A stretch of 60,057 nucleotides of DNA, the filler included, from Dugesia japonica (Eukaryota): the NCBI GenBank assembly GCA_001938525.1. It is 6 parts of 6 records of this genome, joined end to end, with 100 filler letters (N's around TTAATTAATTAA, not from the genome) between each part and the next. Parts side by side here need not be neighbours in the genome. Positions count along the whole stretch, not along the records: positions 21,297 to 30,312 come from MQRL01641561.1; positions 30,413 to 39,910 come from MQRL01592540.1; 4 more parts are not named here. One strand, written 5' to 3'. Below the pieces are notes generated by a model. It ran no database searches and had not been told where the DNA came from. It was given only the letters and a program-made list of their open reading frames with translations. Each line of letters starts with the position of its first letter. Within the stretch, counting starts at the first letter, position 1. This document shows positions 21,709 to 34,689 of the stretch, one piece after another. Position numbers and translations under genes: made by a program.

Positions 21709-22700
21709 GTTATTATTGTTATTCAAACTATGATAATTAATCTCCGTGAATAATAGTATTTCTTCATAATTAATGTAATTGTTGCCATCATTATATTTAA
21801 TTAGTATCATTACTATAATTATATTTATTCCCATTATTATTGCGTTTACTGCTAATAATATATTCCAGTCAATACTTCATTTATGACTATTATTAGTTTC
21901 AGATAAATGTTACCCTTAATTCTACAATCTTTTCATTCTAGGCGATCCATACACCCGATGATTATTATTATTACAAAGGTGAATATTAGAGTCATGATTA
22001 TATTTATGTCTACTAGTGATACCAGTTGAATAGTAATTCCCTACTATTAGTGCCAAGATAGTTATTATTGAAACGATCTTGATATTATGTTCAGTCTATA
22101 ATTAATATTATTTTGAGTATTGGGAATTTAGAATCGATATTATCGACATCATTAACATAATTAATATGATTATAACCAGTAATATTATTATTATTCTTCT
22201 CATTTCTGCGGGTAACCTCATTCTATTATTATTATTTTTACTTATTATTAGTAGGATTCTTATTATTGTTATCACGCCTATTATTATTACTACGTTATTA
22301 TGATTATTCCTATCATGATAATCATTGCAATTGTTATTGATACTGTTTTGTTAGCATTATTATTATTATTACTATTATTATTTTTACTACCAATAGTAAT
22401 AACATTATTATTATTAATCTCGTTACTGTTATAGTATGATTATCATTATTATAATTATGTTTATTATTAATTTCAAGATTACTACCACGGNNNNNNNNNN
22501 NNNNNNNGCTAGTATTCTTATGAATTCAATATTTAATTTTTGTATTATCACCATCAATATTACTATTATTATTGCACATATTATCATATTTATTACAATT
22601 ATTATTATATGTATGAGCATTATGATTATCCCCTATTTAGTTTCTTTCCTTATTAGTATTCGTATTGTTGCTATTAGGACTCCCGTTATTCACTAATGTC
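21709..22700. repeat. Long degenerate (ATT)n tract
   Basis: ATT/TTA/TAT triplet periodicity with many substitutions. Confidence 0.88.
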
Positions 22701-22890
22701 GTGATCTCTATTATGGACGTCGTCTTCACATTTATCTACTCTTAAAAGTACTTAAAATATAAATATTATCAATAACGTACGAAGAGTGTTAAACATAAAA
22801 TAATCGATATCGCTCCCGTTAAGTATGTAACATAAACTACCGGACAATTTTTCGAGTTTAATGGGTTCTGATAATTTTTTCTTTAGGAAA

Positions 22891-23076
22891 ATGTCGAGGA
22901 GTTTAAAAGACACATTAAATTTCATTCGGCCAGAACAGCAACGAACCAGCCGGAAACAGCTAATCGGACATCTCCTCTTTCTGAGTATTATCCCTTCTCC
23001 CGATGAGTTGGATTTACAGTGTTTTGTCGAGATGTTTCCCTTGTCTACCTATGTGGATATCGATCGGAAACTCTAA
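22891..23076 (+). CDS. 61-aa mini-protein, family A (paralogue of 16028-16210)
   Basis: TTTTTCTTTAG-GAAA-ATG start; MSRSLKDTLNFIRPEQQRTSRKQLIGH...PDELDLQCFVEMFP...; AATAAA at 23105. Confidence 0.75.
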   Translation: MSRSLKDTLNFIRPEQQRTSRKQLIGHLLFLSIIPSPDELDLQCFVEMFPLSTYVDIDRKL

Positions 23077-23309
23077 CTTATTCAACCAAATTTTAATTGC
23101 AGTAAATAAATATTTTATGAAATGGCGTTCATTAATTGATAATTGATTTTTGATGTGCTAGGATGTTTAGAGTGCTGGGGCAGGGTAGGGAGGGAGAATT
23201 TGAATTGACCAATCAAAAAAGTGAAGTCATGCTGACCTATCTACCGTATATTTGTTTTAATTAAGTCTAGTTAGCGGGAATTAAAAATTTTTTTTGGCGG
23301 GAAATTTAA

Positions 23310-26010
23310 AAATTCAAAACTACTCAAATAGTTCCTAACAAGCTGTTCAATCAAAGAGCAAAACACACTTTCCACAAGATCAAAGGTGAGCTCACTGAGT
23401 CTAAATACTTACTTCACAGCAGATATATGAAAGCCCTTTGAAAGTATTTCATGAAATTCTTGGATCTACAATTCCAGTCTCAACACCAACTAAAGAGAAT
23501 ATTATCAATTATTTCACTCAGATTCTGCCAGAAAACCTAAATCTAGATAAGTTTAAATTTCTTGATATTTCACTCTATCAACGAAATAAAATTAAATAAA
23601 ATCAAAACTGCTTTCAAAAGCACTTAGAAATCTTCATCCGGGATGAATAGAGTCACTTACTCCGATTGGCTTAAAATTGATCCCAATAACATATTTCTAC
23701 AGGCTCTCTTTAGCAGAATTCTACAGATTAAATATATACTTGATCAATAGAAAACGTTTTATACTAATCTCATCTTGAAACTGGTTAAAGAAAAGGAATC
23801 TCATCAAGTCTCATCTTGAAAATTTATAGCAATTTTGAATACCTCATACCGAATTTTTACAATTGTTATAAAAAACAGAATTCTCAGTTGGATTTCAGTA
23901 GGAAACTCACTCTCACCAACTCTAAATGTGACTTATTTATCAGATGGATGCTCACAACACAATGCTACAATACAATTAATTAGAGAAAAAGCTGAGCGCG
24001 AGAAATGGAATCTTAACCTTACTTGACTTGATCTGGCAGACACCTTTGATAGTACCCCTCAGAAAATACTCTGATTCATGCTTAAACATATTGGATTACA
24101 TCCTGAGACCGTTACTCTTTTTAAGGAGTTATACAAAGACATTTATTGTTCTTACAAATGTCTAGACATAAAAACAAGCGATATCAAAATCATTAAAGGA
24201 GTCAAACAAGGATGTTCTATGTCTATGACGCTTTTTAGCCTGATCATTGATTTCATTATTATAGTAACCTCAAAAGCATTTCCTCTAACTCTTAATGGGT
24301 ACAATGTTACCATTTTAGTTTATTCAGACGATCTTGAACTTATCTCCAATAATTACAATCAGACGAATCATATGATAAACAAAATTGTAAGCTTCACTGA
24401 TACAAGCCGTCTAAAGTTCATACCAAGCAAATGTGGATTCTTCCAACTTAAAACCCAAATAAAATATCAAAATTTACAATAAAGTGATTCAAAAAATTAA
24501 TGATGAAATTCTATACAATTACTTGGGAGTATCATTAGGAGAAGCTAAGAAAAACAACCTTAAAGACATAATCAACAATGCAATAGAAGACTTTGGAAAA
24601 ATCACAGAAAGCAGTCTTCATCCGTCATTAAAAGTCCAAACATAAAAATGTTTATTCATTCAAGATTAATCTATGCTATGAGGAACCGAGACATTTTCTA
24701 TATGAAACTGAACAACCCTCATCACAAAAAGTTTGATGGCAGTACAAGACAATCAGATTATCAAAAGAATTTTTAAGAACATCAATCAAGCTCCAAACAG
24801 CAGTGACAATAATGCCTTTCCTTTCGTTCTATCTAAACGTGGAGGATTAGATTTGTTGCCTTCAATCGATGAGTACTATATTCAAAGTATAGTAAATGCC
24901 TTCCGGATCCTCAATTCTCAAAAGAATTGTTTCAAAGTGTTAACAGCTAGGGAACTTGAGCACAGATTCAGAAACAATAGCACATATTCGATCCAAAAGA
25001 CCTTGATGCATAACAACACTATTCCATCTTAAGATAAAACTAATATTACTGCATCTTTGTGTACCAGAGTAAGGACGTTAATAAAAAGACTTTACGAAAC
25101 TCATAAACTCAAACTGCTCTTCTTTATTGAAGAAAATGAAATAGAGCTGAAAATCACTTGGCTGGATGATTAGAACTTTTTTCTCAATATACTGATCAAA
25201 AACAGCTCAAAATCTTAGTTGTGCAATGTCCTTCATACTAAAATTGAAATGACATATTTCCAAAAATGGAAAAGCCTTTCCACACAAGGTCTTCTAACAA
25301 CATGTTTAGACTCATCAGACTATGCTCAAAATTTTATGAAAAACTTAAACCTTTCTGAAAACGATTACCCATTCATTATTCGAGTAAGAAACAATCTTTT
25401 GAGAACTAACTACAATCCTAACAAACTGAAAAGCAACATACCAATTCATTGCAAAGAATCTGGTACTGAAGCTATAAACTTAAATACACATATTTAACCA
25501 CTGCTCAGCGAGGAGGAATAAACAGTACAATAAACACAATCATGTTAAGGAAAAGATTGTAGCTCAACTTAGAAAATGGAATTTTGATGTAGAAATTGAT
25601 TCATGTTCACAAAGCTTTGCAAAAGCTAGAGAAGATAATAGGAAAAAATATAAGAGCATCAAATTCGAAATTAGCTCAAAGTTCTACAAAAAGGTTACAC
25701 TTAATAATCTTGTCATTGGAACATTAAACTCAAGGAACGCCTTCAATCAAAGGGCTCTCAAACATATTGGTCTAACCTCAAATGAAATAAAGAAAATCTC
25801 GTAAATATCAATCAAAAGAGTAATCAAAGTGAGCTATCATATTTACTTAAATCATATAATCAATGAGGCTAAATTTCCTTCAATTCAAAACTAAATTCTG
25901 TTTAGACTCAAATGTCCAAGAAATTTATCAAATTGAGTTCTTTCTAAATAACCAAATATAATAAAATAAAAATCTATGATCTCGGATTTATTCGAATCAT
26001 TCAAGACTTA
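23310..26010 (+). mobile_element. Degraded RLE-type non-LTR retrotransposon (NeSL/R5/R4-like), 5'-truncated
   Basis: RT motifs DLADTFDSTP, GVKQGCSMSMTLF, VYSDDL, KFIPSKC, YNYLGV; RGGLDL thumb; C-terminal HCK..E...HI..C..HN zinc remnant; KY and LVIGTL of an RLE domain. Confidence 0.85.
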
Positions 26011-26069
26011 TTTAAACTATTCATCCACAAACTGATTTATAAATAAATGTTATTTTCGTTTAAAAAAGT

Positions 26070-26837
26070 GAATAAGCTAATGTTTACTCATTACGCTGAA
26101 GAAAATTATGCATTGCATTGGAAACTGCTACAAATGTACATAAGATTTGAAGTTAAAGTGGTCCATAGAACAGTAAAATTTATATAATCGAAAAAGATAT
26201 TGAAACAAACATTGCATTAAGAGCAGAATGTAATAGTGAGCTTGAGAAAAATTATTACAAACTATTGAAAAAACGTTTGTATGAAAAATCGGTTTAAAAT
26301 CTAAAGAAAAGGATGAACTTGCGATTATGCAATACTAGTAAAAAGCTAGTAACATATGCTTTTAAATCAAGCTTCTGGAAATCCATCAAGATTGACGTGG
26401 ACCTGATTGTTAATTTAATGAATAAGGAGTCAGTATGCATAGATCGTCCAAGCTACATTAGTCAATTGTAATCTATTAGTAAAGATCATCCCCTCTATAG
26501 TAATCAGTGGAACTCTGTTATTGCCAAGTTTAAAGACGAGACTAAGGGGAAGAAGTATATAGAGTGGATATTCTTACGTCTAAAATGTTACTGTTTGTTT
26601 TCTGATATAGAAATCATTAAAGCAAAAAGTGTAACATTGAAGAATAGCAACATCAACCATCAGACATATGTTGACTGCTATAGTAATGTGGAAAATGTTT
26701 TAGTCGATCAATTTATAATTGTNNNNNNNNNNNNNNNNNNNNNNNNNNNNNNNNNNNNNNNNNNNNNNNNNNNNAACAACCATGATAAGAGTTACTGGCT
26801 AGGAAAAAATAAAAGCGTACCTTACGGACATTTTTAA
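26070..26837 (+). pseudogene. Polinton pPolB fragment with internal deletion
   Basis: NYALHWKLLQ, EKNYYKLL, NLKKRMNLRL, CIDRPSYI, HPLYS, KFKDE, FLRLKCY, SVPYGH; paralogous to 2697-3140. Confidence 0.85.
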
Positions 26838-27279
26838 ATAAAATAAAATACTTGTCACCATAAAACATCAAATGATACGGTCTCATGAAGAACAGGAACT
26901 TCAGCAATGGTTACTAATTATTTTTCAAATCATAAATTATTTAATTATTTCTATTTTAGAAAAGAAAAAAAACAATATGTAAATAAATTTTATTCAAATT
27001 AAATTAAAATCTCAAATGTGATCTATTGTCAAGTCCAACAATTATTCCTACATTAATTGTAATTCTATAATTTTTTATTATTTATTTATTATTGAAATGA
27101 TTAAATAAATAATAATTTATAATTTTAATTAAACATTATATTATTTAACTGCTTGAGGAAATATGGAAAACATTAGTTACAATAATATTCATAAACATAG
27201 AAGAAAGCAAAATAGTAAGTATTTGATGTTTAAATATTTATTTATTAAGTAATTTATCAATCTAAAGCAACTTTGCTGG

Positions 27280-27971
27280 TGGTCATGCTTTATTATTATA
27301 TTGTCAAGAAAACGGGAGCAAAACGTACTGATTCACTTGTAGAAATTTATGGTGAATACGCTTTTCCAGCTGCGACATGCAATTTTTTTTGCCGAATTAG
27401 AAATGGCAAATACCAAGGACAAAGAGAATGGAAACCATTAAAACATATTGAAGATAAAATATTTACAATGTTATTGGATAAAGATCTATTTCAAAGACAA
27501 TCTGAATTAGTTACTACAATAAATGCAACCCAATGTTTTTCGTCGCGTCTAAATAGTATGGAATGATTCGAAAATAATGGAATTGAATCACACTTTGATT
27601 AACGTTATAGATAAAGTGAAATGTGAAAAACAATTTATAATGTTTAGAGACCAAAAAGAAACGTTTTTTGCATTGAATTGTTACGGAATATAAAAAAAGA
27701 TATTTAAAGAAAATCCAAAACACAAAGCAACTTAAGTGAAGCCAGGTTAACCCGGTATATCAACGCCAAACCCAAATATCCATGATTCAAAAGTTAAGCT
27801 TTGTATTTGGTGGAAACAGAAAAAGGTCAAATATTATAAACTGCTGAGACCATCGGAGACCATAACTAGTGAATATTATAAATTGCAATTAATTCGACTT
27901 GAAGTGAGCTCTGGCTGACAAAAATACTAGAATGAGAGATTAGACATGCAAGGATAATTTTGCAATATGAT
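27280..27971 (+). mobile_element. Degraded mariner, truncated by a gypsy LTR
   Basis: LVEIYGEYA, FLH*IVT, STPNPNIHDSKVKLCIWW, YKLLRPSETITSEYYKLQL, RHARIILQYD. Confidence 0.82.
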
Positions 27972-28194
27972 TGTTAGAAGTCTGTTTCATTAGCATAATA
28001 TTTATTAAATTACAATCTAAAAAGGAGGAATAAATAAATAAGTAATTATGATTTGAGCAATCAACATACCTCAATTGGTAAACAAACATTGACATGTTAT
28101 GAAACATACAAAATATTTGAACTCATTGTCAAATATTAATTACGCAACATACAGTTTTAATAATGATTTATAATAAATATAAAATATACTAACA
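27972..28194 (-). repeat. 3' LTR (223 bp) of a Ty3/gypsy element with adjacent polypurine tract
   Basis: TGTTAG...CTAACA termini; TCCATCTCTCTTT follows immediately (AAAGAGAGATGGA on the minus strand). Confidence 0.8.
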
Positions 28195-30312
28195 TCCATC
28201 TCTCTTTAAAAGCTCTTAACCACGTTACCATTTTCAAATTTAATGTGATAACCCCTATAATGTCTCTTTTTAATTATTTTTCCCGGGCCTTCATACCTAT
28301 CTTTGTCTTTATTAGTAGCAATATTATTACCAAAATGTTGTCTCCAATTTTAAAATGTATTTTCATAATTCCATGCATGTTATGACTAATTTCATCTTGA
28401 TCAATGAGATTTTCATTCTATTTTCATGTTTCTCTTCTACATTTTCATGAATATTCTTTTCTTGTGAAATTTTATTTCCAAAAACAATTTCCGCTGGGCT
28501 CAATTTTAATGTACTTCGATATGTATAATTTGTCATAAATTTTACTTCAGGGAGTATATCTGTCCAATTTTTATTTGTTTTATTTTGTAATGTTGTATGA
28601 ATTGCATCTCTTAAAGTCCGAAATTGTATTTCGATTTGTCCATTACTAGAATGATATACGGACTTGAGAATTTTAACTCTGTCTATGTTTTTCTGTCAAT
28701 TCTCTAATTTAATTCGATTCAAATGATCTTCTTCTATCACAAGTAATAATTTTAGGGCCCCAAATTTCAAAATCCACTGGTTTTTTAATATAGTTTTTTC
28801 GGTTTCATCAATTACTCATATTAATGAAATATACTTGCTAAATTGATCTGTAATAGCTAATATATATTTTTTACTATTTCTAGCGGTTTTAAACGGTCCA
28901 CAGAAATCAATAGGTATAATTTCATAATTTATCTGTTGGCAACATTTTACTTATGTCTTCTTTTGTTTTTGAAGTTACAGTTTTCCTTTTTTGACATTTT
29001 TTACAGCTTTGTACAGTCTCATATATTATATAAGTTTTATTTTCCATATCAAATTGTGAATTGTATAAACAATATTTTCAATCAATTTAAATTTATAATT
29101 TGTTTCAAAGCTTAAGTTCTCTTTAAAAACATCGAATTTTTTCACTCTTTTTGCCATTTACAACCATCATTTTGTAAAATTAATGCCAATATTTTAGCTT
29201 TTAATTTTTCAGATTTTGGTTCTTTATATATAGTCTGGCATTGGACACACGTTTCACAATTCGTTCTTCAGAGAGCATCTGCATTCAAATGTTCTTCACA
29301 TTTTCTGTATTTCATTTAAATATCCAAAATGATAGGATGGTTGATCCAAGTCTGAAATTGTGGTGTTATTGGTCTTTTAGCCTTCAGCTTTTAGTGATCA
29401 GTTCTTAATCGAAATCTCTGTCCATACAAACAATATTTAAAATGTTCTGTGAAATAAACTATCGCAAAACGTTCTTTTCTGGTAATGCAAAAATAGCCCA
29501 GCTTGTGTTTACTCATGGCTTTGGATCCGTAAGAAATAACTTTTTCTTCTCCATCGTTATCAGTTTGACTTAAAATTGCACCAATTACATCAAAGCTGGC
29601 ATCAGTATCCATTATAAATGCTTTAGAAAAATTTGGAAATGCTAAAACTGGAGCTTCCATTAGTTCAGCTTTCAAATTTTTAAAAGAAATTTTGCACTCA
29701 CTATTGTTTTTTCTTTTATAGGTAGTTTGTGACCCGTGAATGATTTAAATTCTTCTAATAGTCTAGTATTAAAATTTTCTTTTTGTTGTTTATTAAGAAA
29801 TATCTATTTAATTAATGTATATGCTGCTCCCGTATCTATTAATGAAGGTATGTTATATTCATTTACTGATATGATCATAGTAGATCTGGGAGTATCCCCA
29901 TTTATTACATATACCTCATGTGATCTTGGAGATGCGGTATATTTTATCAGTTTTTCGTTTTCAAAATTTGATTTTAATTCGTTGAGTTTATCAGTTTCTA
30001 GTAGATAGGGCTTATTTTCATTATTTCTTGATTCTATGTTCTCATCTCCATTTGATATGTTAATTGTGTATGTTTGATTTTGAGTTTGTCTTTTTAATTT
30101 TCTGATTTTATCATGATATGTTTGCATAATGAAGTGTTTTGCAATAAATGGACATATGCATGCTGCTATTTTTTACTGGAGTACCGGATACTGAGTGTAA
30201 TTGTTTTAATGATATTAGTTGATGGCATGCTAGTTTTAATTAAATAGGTACATGATATAGTAATAGGAAAAATTAGCACCAAGTGCATGTGCATTACCCA
30301 GAAATTTGACAA
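28195..30312 (-). mobile_element. Ty3/gypsy internal region: protease, (RT deleted), RNase H, integrase
   Basis: SLIDTGAAYTLI; APVLAFPNFSKAFIMDTDAS..IGAILSQ...FRLRTDH; IDFCGPF, ITDQFSKY, YHSSNGQIE, YEGPG. Confidence 0.9.
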
Positions 30313-30412
30313 NNNNNNNNNNNNNNNNNNNNNNNNNNNNNNNNNNNNNNNNNNNNTTAATTAATTAANNNNNNNNNNNNNNNNNNNNNNNNNNNNNNNN
30401 NNNNNNNNNNNN
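30313..30412. other. Assembly linker
   Basis: 44N-TTAATTAATTAA-44N. Confidence 0.97.
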
Positions 30413-30765
30413 TCAATCCAATTTCATAAGTCCTTTAGACAATATATAGACCAAATTTTTGTCTAACAACAAACAAATCTTAAAAACTCCAAAAAAAATT
30501 ATTTCCAAGATCTCCAGTTCACACTCGAGTCCAAATTCACTCATTCCACATACAAACTCAACTTGACCTACTTTTTAAAAACCCCCTTAACAACCCAAAC
30601 ACACAAATTTTAAAATTTTAAAATATACACACACAACCACCAAGATCAAAAAAATATGATCCGATCAATAAAATTTTTATCACAAAAATCTTAGAAAAAA
30701 ATCTAACCAAAATATAGTAACACAATTGTAATGTGTTTCCGAGCACCGGGGGGATCCCCTCCAAA
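30413..30765 (-). repeat. Third fragment of the AGTAG-terminal TIR family (inverted)
   Basis: Reverse complement of ~8545-8935 and ~5875-6240 (CAAACTCAACTTGACCTA, TTCCAAGATCTCCAG, GGGGGATCCCCTCC). Confidence 0.8.
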
Positions 30766-30869
30766 TTGTATCTTATCTTACATAAGCCATTAAGAAACGC
30801 AACAACAACATTAATTTCTTTTTAATTTATCTAACATAAAACGGGGAACTTAAGATAATAAGATAAGAT

Positions 30870-31091
30870 ATTCATAATATCCGAGTTTGGCGAAGGCGAA
30901 AAAATACCCCTAAGTAATGGTTTTTCCCAGGTAGTAAATATCCCAGTATTCATATTATCTTTCGTCGATTTTGAAAAAAATATTTCTTTAAAATTTATAA
31001 CGAATACTATCCGAATATTTCCCTAAATATCCGGATATCGAATAGTTATAAAAAAGGCCGGATATATCCGGATATCCGAGTTGGAATCCCT
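30870..31091. mobile_element. DNA transposon end (hAT-like) with ATATCCG(G) subterminal repeats
   Basis: Clustered ATATCCGGATAT/ATATCCGAG motifs ending GGAATCCCT. Confidence 0.4.
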
Positions 31092-31109
31092 TCATATTAC
31101 ATATTCTAC

Positions 31110-31700
31110 AAAAGAATTTATAACCAAAATTGTGAAACCTATAAAAGGAAATTTGTTATATTTTAATCTAGTTTTTCTCATATGCATTGCTGCTGATTGA
31201 GATTCTCCTGTATCTTTGTAAGAAAATATTTTACTAGATCTAAAATTAATTTTTAATAATTTTTATCATCGTCAACTATTCCTAGATTACACATCTGTTT
31301 CTTTAAGTTTTATCATAAAATGCATTATTCAATAATTTACAAAGGTAATCTCCAAATACAACATTATTACTTTTGGCTTCTCTTCTTAATTCTATATTTT
31401 TTCTACATAACTTTTAACCATTGGCATTTTATATTTACTATGAATCTTTGTATATTTCATTCCCAAAGATAAAATGCAAGTATAAAGTAGATCCTAAAAC
31501 TATGTAATTCTTTTTCAAATTCAAATTGATTCAAAGTTAATTTAATATCTTTTTACCCAACTTTTTTTTAAAGGATTTTTGATAAGGAGCTGACATTTCT
31601 TCTGTAATATTAATTCTATCTGGTGCCAATGGAAAGTATTTTGTCTTGTCATGAATTTCAGGTGAGTATTCTAAATTTACTTCATTTAATATCGGCCTTC
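31110..31700 (-). pseudogene. Polinton pPolB fragment
   Basis: LEYSPEIHDKTKYFPLAPD, NIELRREAKS, CKLLNNAFYDKT, NKFPFIGFTIL. Confidence 0.8.
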
Positions 31701-32644
31701 AGTTGCTGGAGTATAAATTAAAATCATCATGCAAGTTGATTAGAAATCACAATGAGAAATTAAAAACCGTAAAAGGAAAAAATGATGTTCGTATGAATAA
31801 ACTTTACAAGACCTAGCGGAGTCCAAGGAGCAAGAAGCTCTTAAAATACGATGTGAAGAGCTAAAAANNNNNNNNNNNNNNNNNNNNNNNNNNNNNNNNN
31901 NNNNNNNNNNNNNNNNNNNNNNNNNNNNNNNNNNNNNNNNNNNNNNNNNNNNNNNNNNNNNNNNNNNNNNNNNNNNNNNNNNNNNNNNNNNNNNNNNNTA
32001 GCAATTTTTACGCAGAATTCACAAAATACACTCGACTTTCTTCCAAAAAATAGAAACAGTAACTAAAATTTTTATTTAATTAAATAAAATAATTAATAAA
32101 ATTAATAAAATTGACTTGATAAATATGAAATAATTATATATAATTTCAGTAAATCAAAAAGTTTCGATCAAAGAGTTTTTTAAAATTTATTGAAACTTTA
32201 AAATTCATTAGTTAAGTCTAACGATTATACCAGCAATAATTGTAATAGTAAAATTATACATCGATATAATATTTATTTATAAGTTTTCTTATTGGTTTTT
32301 GGTACAACGTCGATAGTTATATAAAGAGAAAAATTATGACTATCGTTTTAAAGTGTAACGGAAATTTGGTTAGTAATTAAAAATTTTCCAAAATAATATA
32401 AATAAATTCAACACAGTTGTTTTGATGGTCTTTTGAAATATAGCTTGTAAGAAATACTCAACTTTCAGTATACTATAATTTGAAAACATATTTTTAATTT
32501 TCTAAATTACAAAATACTTTTGTATGTATAAAAATATCAAATAAATAATAATTATCACAAATATATTTATAAGTGATAAGCATAATAATTGAAAAATTTG
32601 TTTATATAATTTGTTTAACTTCATTTTTTCAAATTCAACTANAA

Positions 32645-34291
32645 ATGTCAAAAGGCGTACTCTATTCTCCAGTTGGATTCTATAAATCTCAACGTATCCA
32701 AATAATTGCAAAATATGCTGGAAAAGATTTAGAGTTATCTGAAAAACCTGTTCCGGAAAATTTGATTGTTCCGAAAGATGCTATTCCAGTTTATAGTGAA
32801 GGAGATTTAACTCTCTTTGAAACAAATGCTATTGGGTTCTATTTAGGAAATGAACAATTGAGAGGTAACATAATTAATGACTTTTAGACCATTTAAAATT
32901 TCAATTAGGAAACAATGACAAAGCATCAGTATCTCAATGGTGCAACTATGCTGATTTAGTTCTATTACCAGCTGTCGGTACCTTAGTCTTTCCATGTTTG
33001 GGATTAATGCAGTTGAATAAAAGTGAAAGTGATAAGGCCAGAGTTTTAATTCTTAATGAATTAAAATTCTTGAATGATGTTCTTTTGAAGAAAACATTTT
33101 TAGTTGGAGAAAGAATTTCACAAGCTGATATAACAGTATTTAGCGTGTTGAAGATGCTATACGAAATGATTCTTGATGAGCAAACAAGACGAGCATTTGT
33201 CAATGTTAATAGATGGTTTTTGACAGTCGCGAATCAAGAACATGTTAAAAATGTTGTCGGCGAAATTAAATTGTGTGTAACTCCTGCTGTTTTTGATGCT
33301 AAAAAATATGCTGAATTACATCCCAAGAAAGAAGTTAAAGATGATAAAAAACCAAAGGAAAAGAAACCACAAGAGAAAAAACAAGAGAAACCAAAAAAAG
33401 AAGAAGAAGAAATTGAAGAAGATGTCCCAGCTGTTAAAGAAGGACCATGTCCATATAGTTTGTTACCAAAAGGAACATTTGATATGGACGAGTGGAAAAG
33501 AACATACTCGAATAATGATATAGTAACTGTTGCATTACCATATTTTTGGAGTAAATTTGACTCTGAAAATTATTCTATTTGGACCTGNNNNNNNNNNNNN
33601 NNNNNNNNNNNNNNNNNNNNNNNNNNNNNNNNNNNNNAAATTGTGTGTAACTCCTGCTGTTTTTGATGCTAAAAAATATGCTGAATTACATCCCAAGAAA
33701 GAAGTTAAAGATGATAAAAAACCAAAGGAAAAGAAACCACAAGAGAAAAAACAAGAGAAACCAAAAAAAGAAGAAGAANNNNNNNNNNNNNNNNNNNNNN
33801 NNNNNNNNNNNNNNNNNNNNNNNNNNNNNNNNNNNNNNNNNNNNNNNNNNNNNNNNNNNNNNNNNNNNNNNNNNNNNNNNNNNNNNNNNNNNNNNNNNNN
33901 NNNNNNNNNNNNNNNNNNNNNNNNNNNNNNNNNNNNNNNNNNNNNNNNNNNNNNNNNNNNNNNNNNNNNNNNNAAAGAATTAGAATTGATTTTCATGACA
34001 TGCAATTTAGTTTCTGGTATGTTTCAAAGATTGGATAGATTGAGAAAACATGCTTTTGGAAGTATGGTCATTATTGGTGAAAACCGTAACAACCAAATTA
34101 AAGGTTTGTGGATCTTAAAAGGACAAGAATTAGCATTTACCTTACATGATGATTGTAAGGTTGATTATGAATCATATAAATGGCAAAAACTTGATCCTAA
34201 TGCATCTGAAACTAAAGATTTAGTCAAGTCTTACTTCACGCATGAAGGAGACTTTGGAATGCCATTCAATCAAGGAAAAATTTTTAAATAA
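32645..34291 (+). CDS. EEF1G: Elongation factor 1-gamma (eEF1B-gamma); intron 32865-32908; gaps and a duplicated segment in the 3' half
   Basis: MSKGVLYS... GST-N/GST-C domain (LFETNAIGFY, KTFLVGERISQAD, NVNRWFLT), lysine-rich linker, FDMDEWKRTYSN, FMTCNLVSGMFQRLD, FNQGKIFK*. The 44-bp GT-AG intron restores the frame. Confidence 0.97.
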
Positions 34292-34377
34292 CTATTTTGA
34301 ATATAAATTGGATTGTTTTTTAATTTCGTTTAATTGAAAATTTAACTAAAATATTTATGATATATTTTATTTATGAA

Positions 34378-34689
34378 TTAATTGTATGGTGACCATGGAT
34401 CTGTTTTCACGATTTTTCGTTTCATTTCATCAATTCCATCAGGAGCTTGTTTTGTCATGCAAGGTAGTGGTATATAATCGTAAGCTGTTGGATAATTATA
34501 AAGCGCACGATTACTACTACGATGCGGGTTTCCTGCATTTGATGTTGTTAATAAAGCATTAGGTGAGCCACGAATTCCAGTTAATATCGATGGATATATC
34601 CAAGGAGTTTGATATAATTTAGATCTATCCGAAAAATCTTGATTTAAATGAGCATTTAAGTATGGATATGCTTGTTGTCCTGCTTGCAT
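34378..34689 (-). CDS. 103-aa orphan ORF or terminal exon, tail-to-tail with EF1-gamma
   Basis: ATG start, GC-richer than flanks, no stops, AATAAA about 10 nt after the stop; C-terminus MKRKIVKTDPWSPYN. Confidence 0.55.
   Translation of the reverse strand: MQAGQQAYPYLNAHLNQDFSDRSKLYQTPWIYPSILTGIRGSPNALLTTSNAGNPHRSSNRALYNYPTAYDYIPLPCMTKQAPDGIDEMKRKIVKTDPWSPYN

Noticed and set aside
33638-33778. Apparent internal duplication in EF1-gamma
   Set aside because: Exact copy of ~33268-33408 bounded by N gaps on both sides; most likely a scaffolding artefact.
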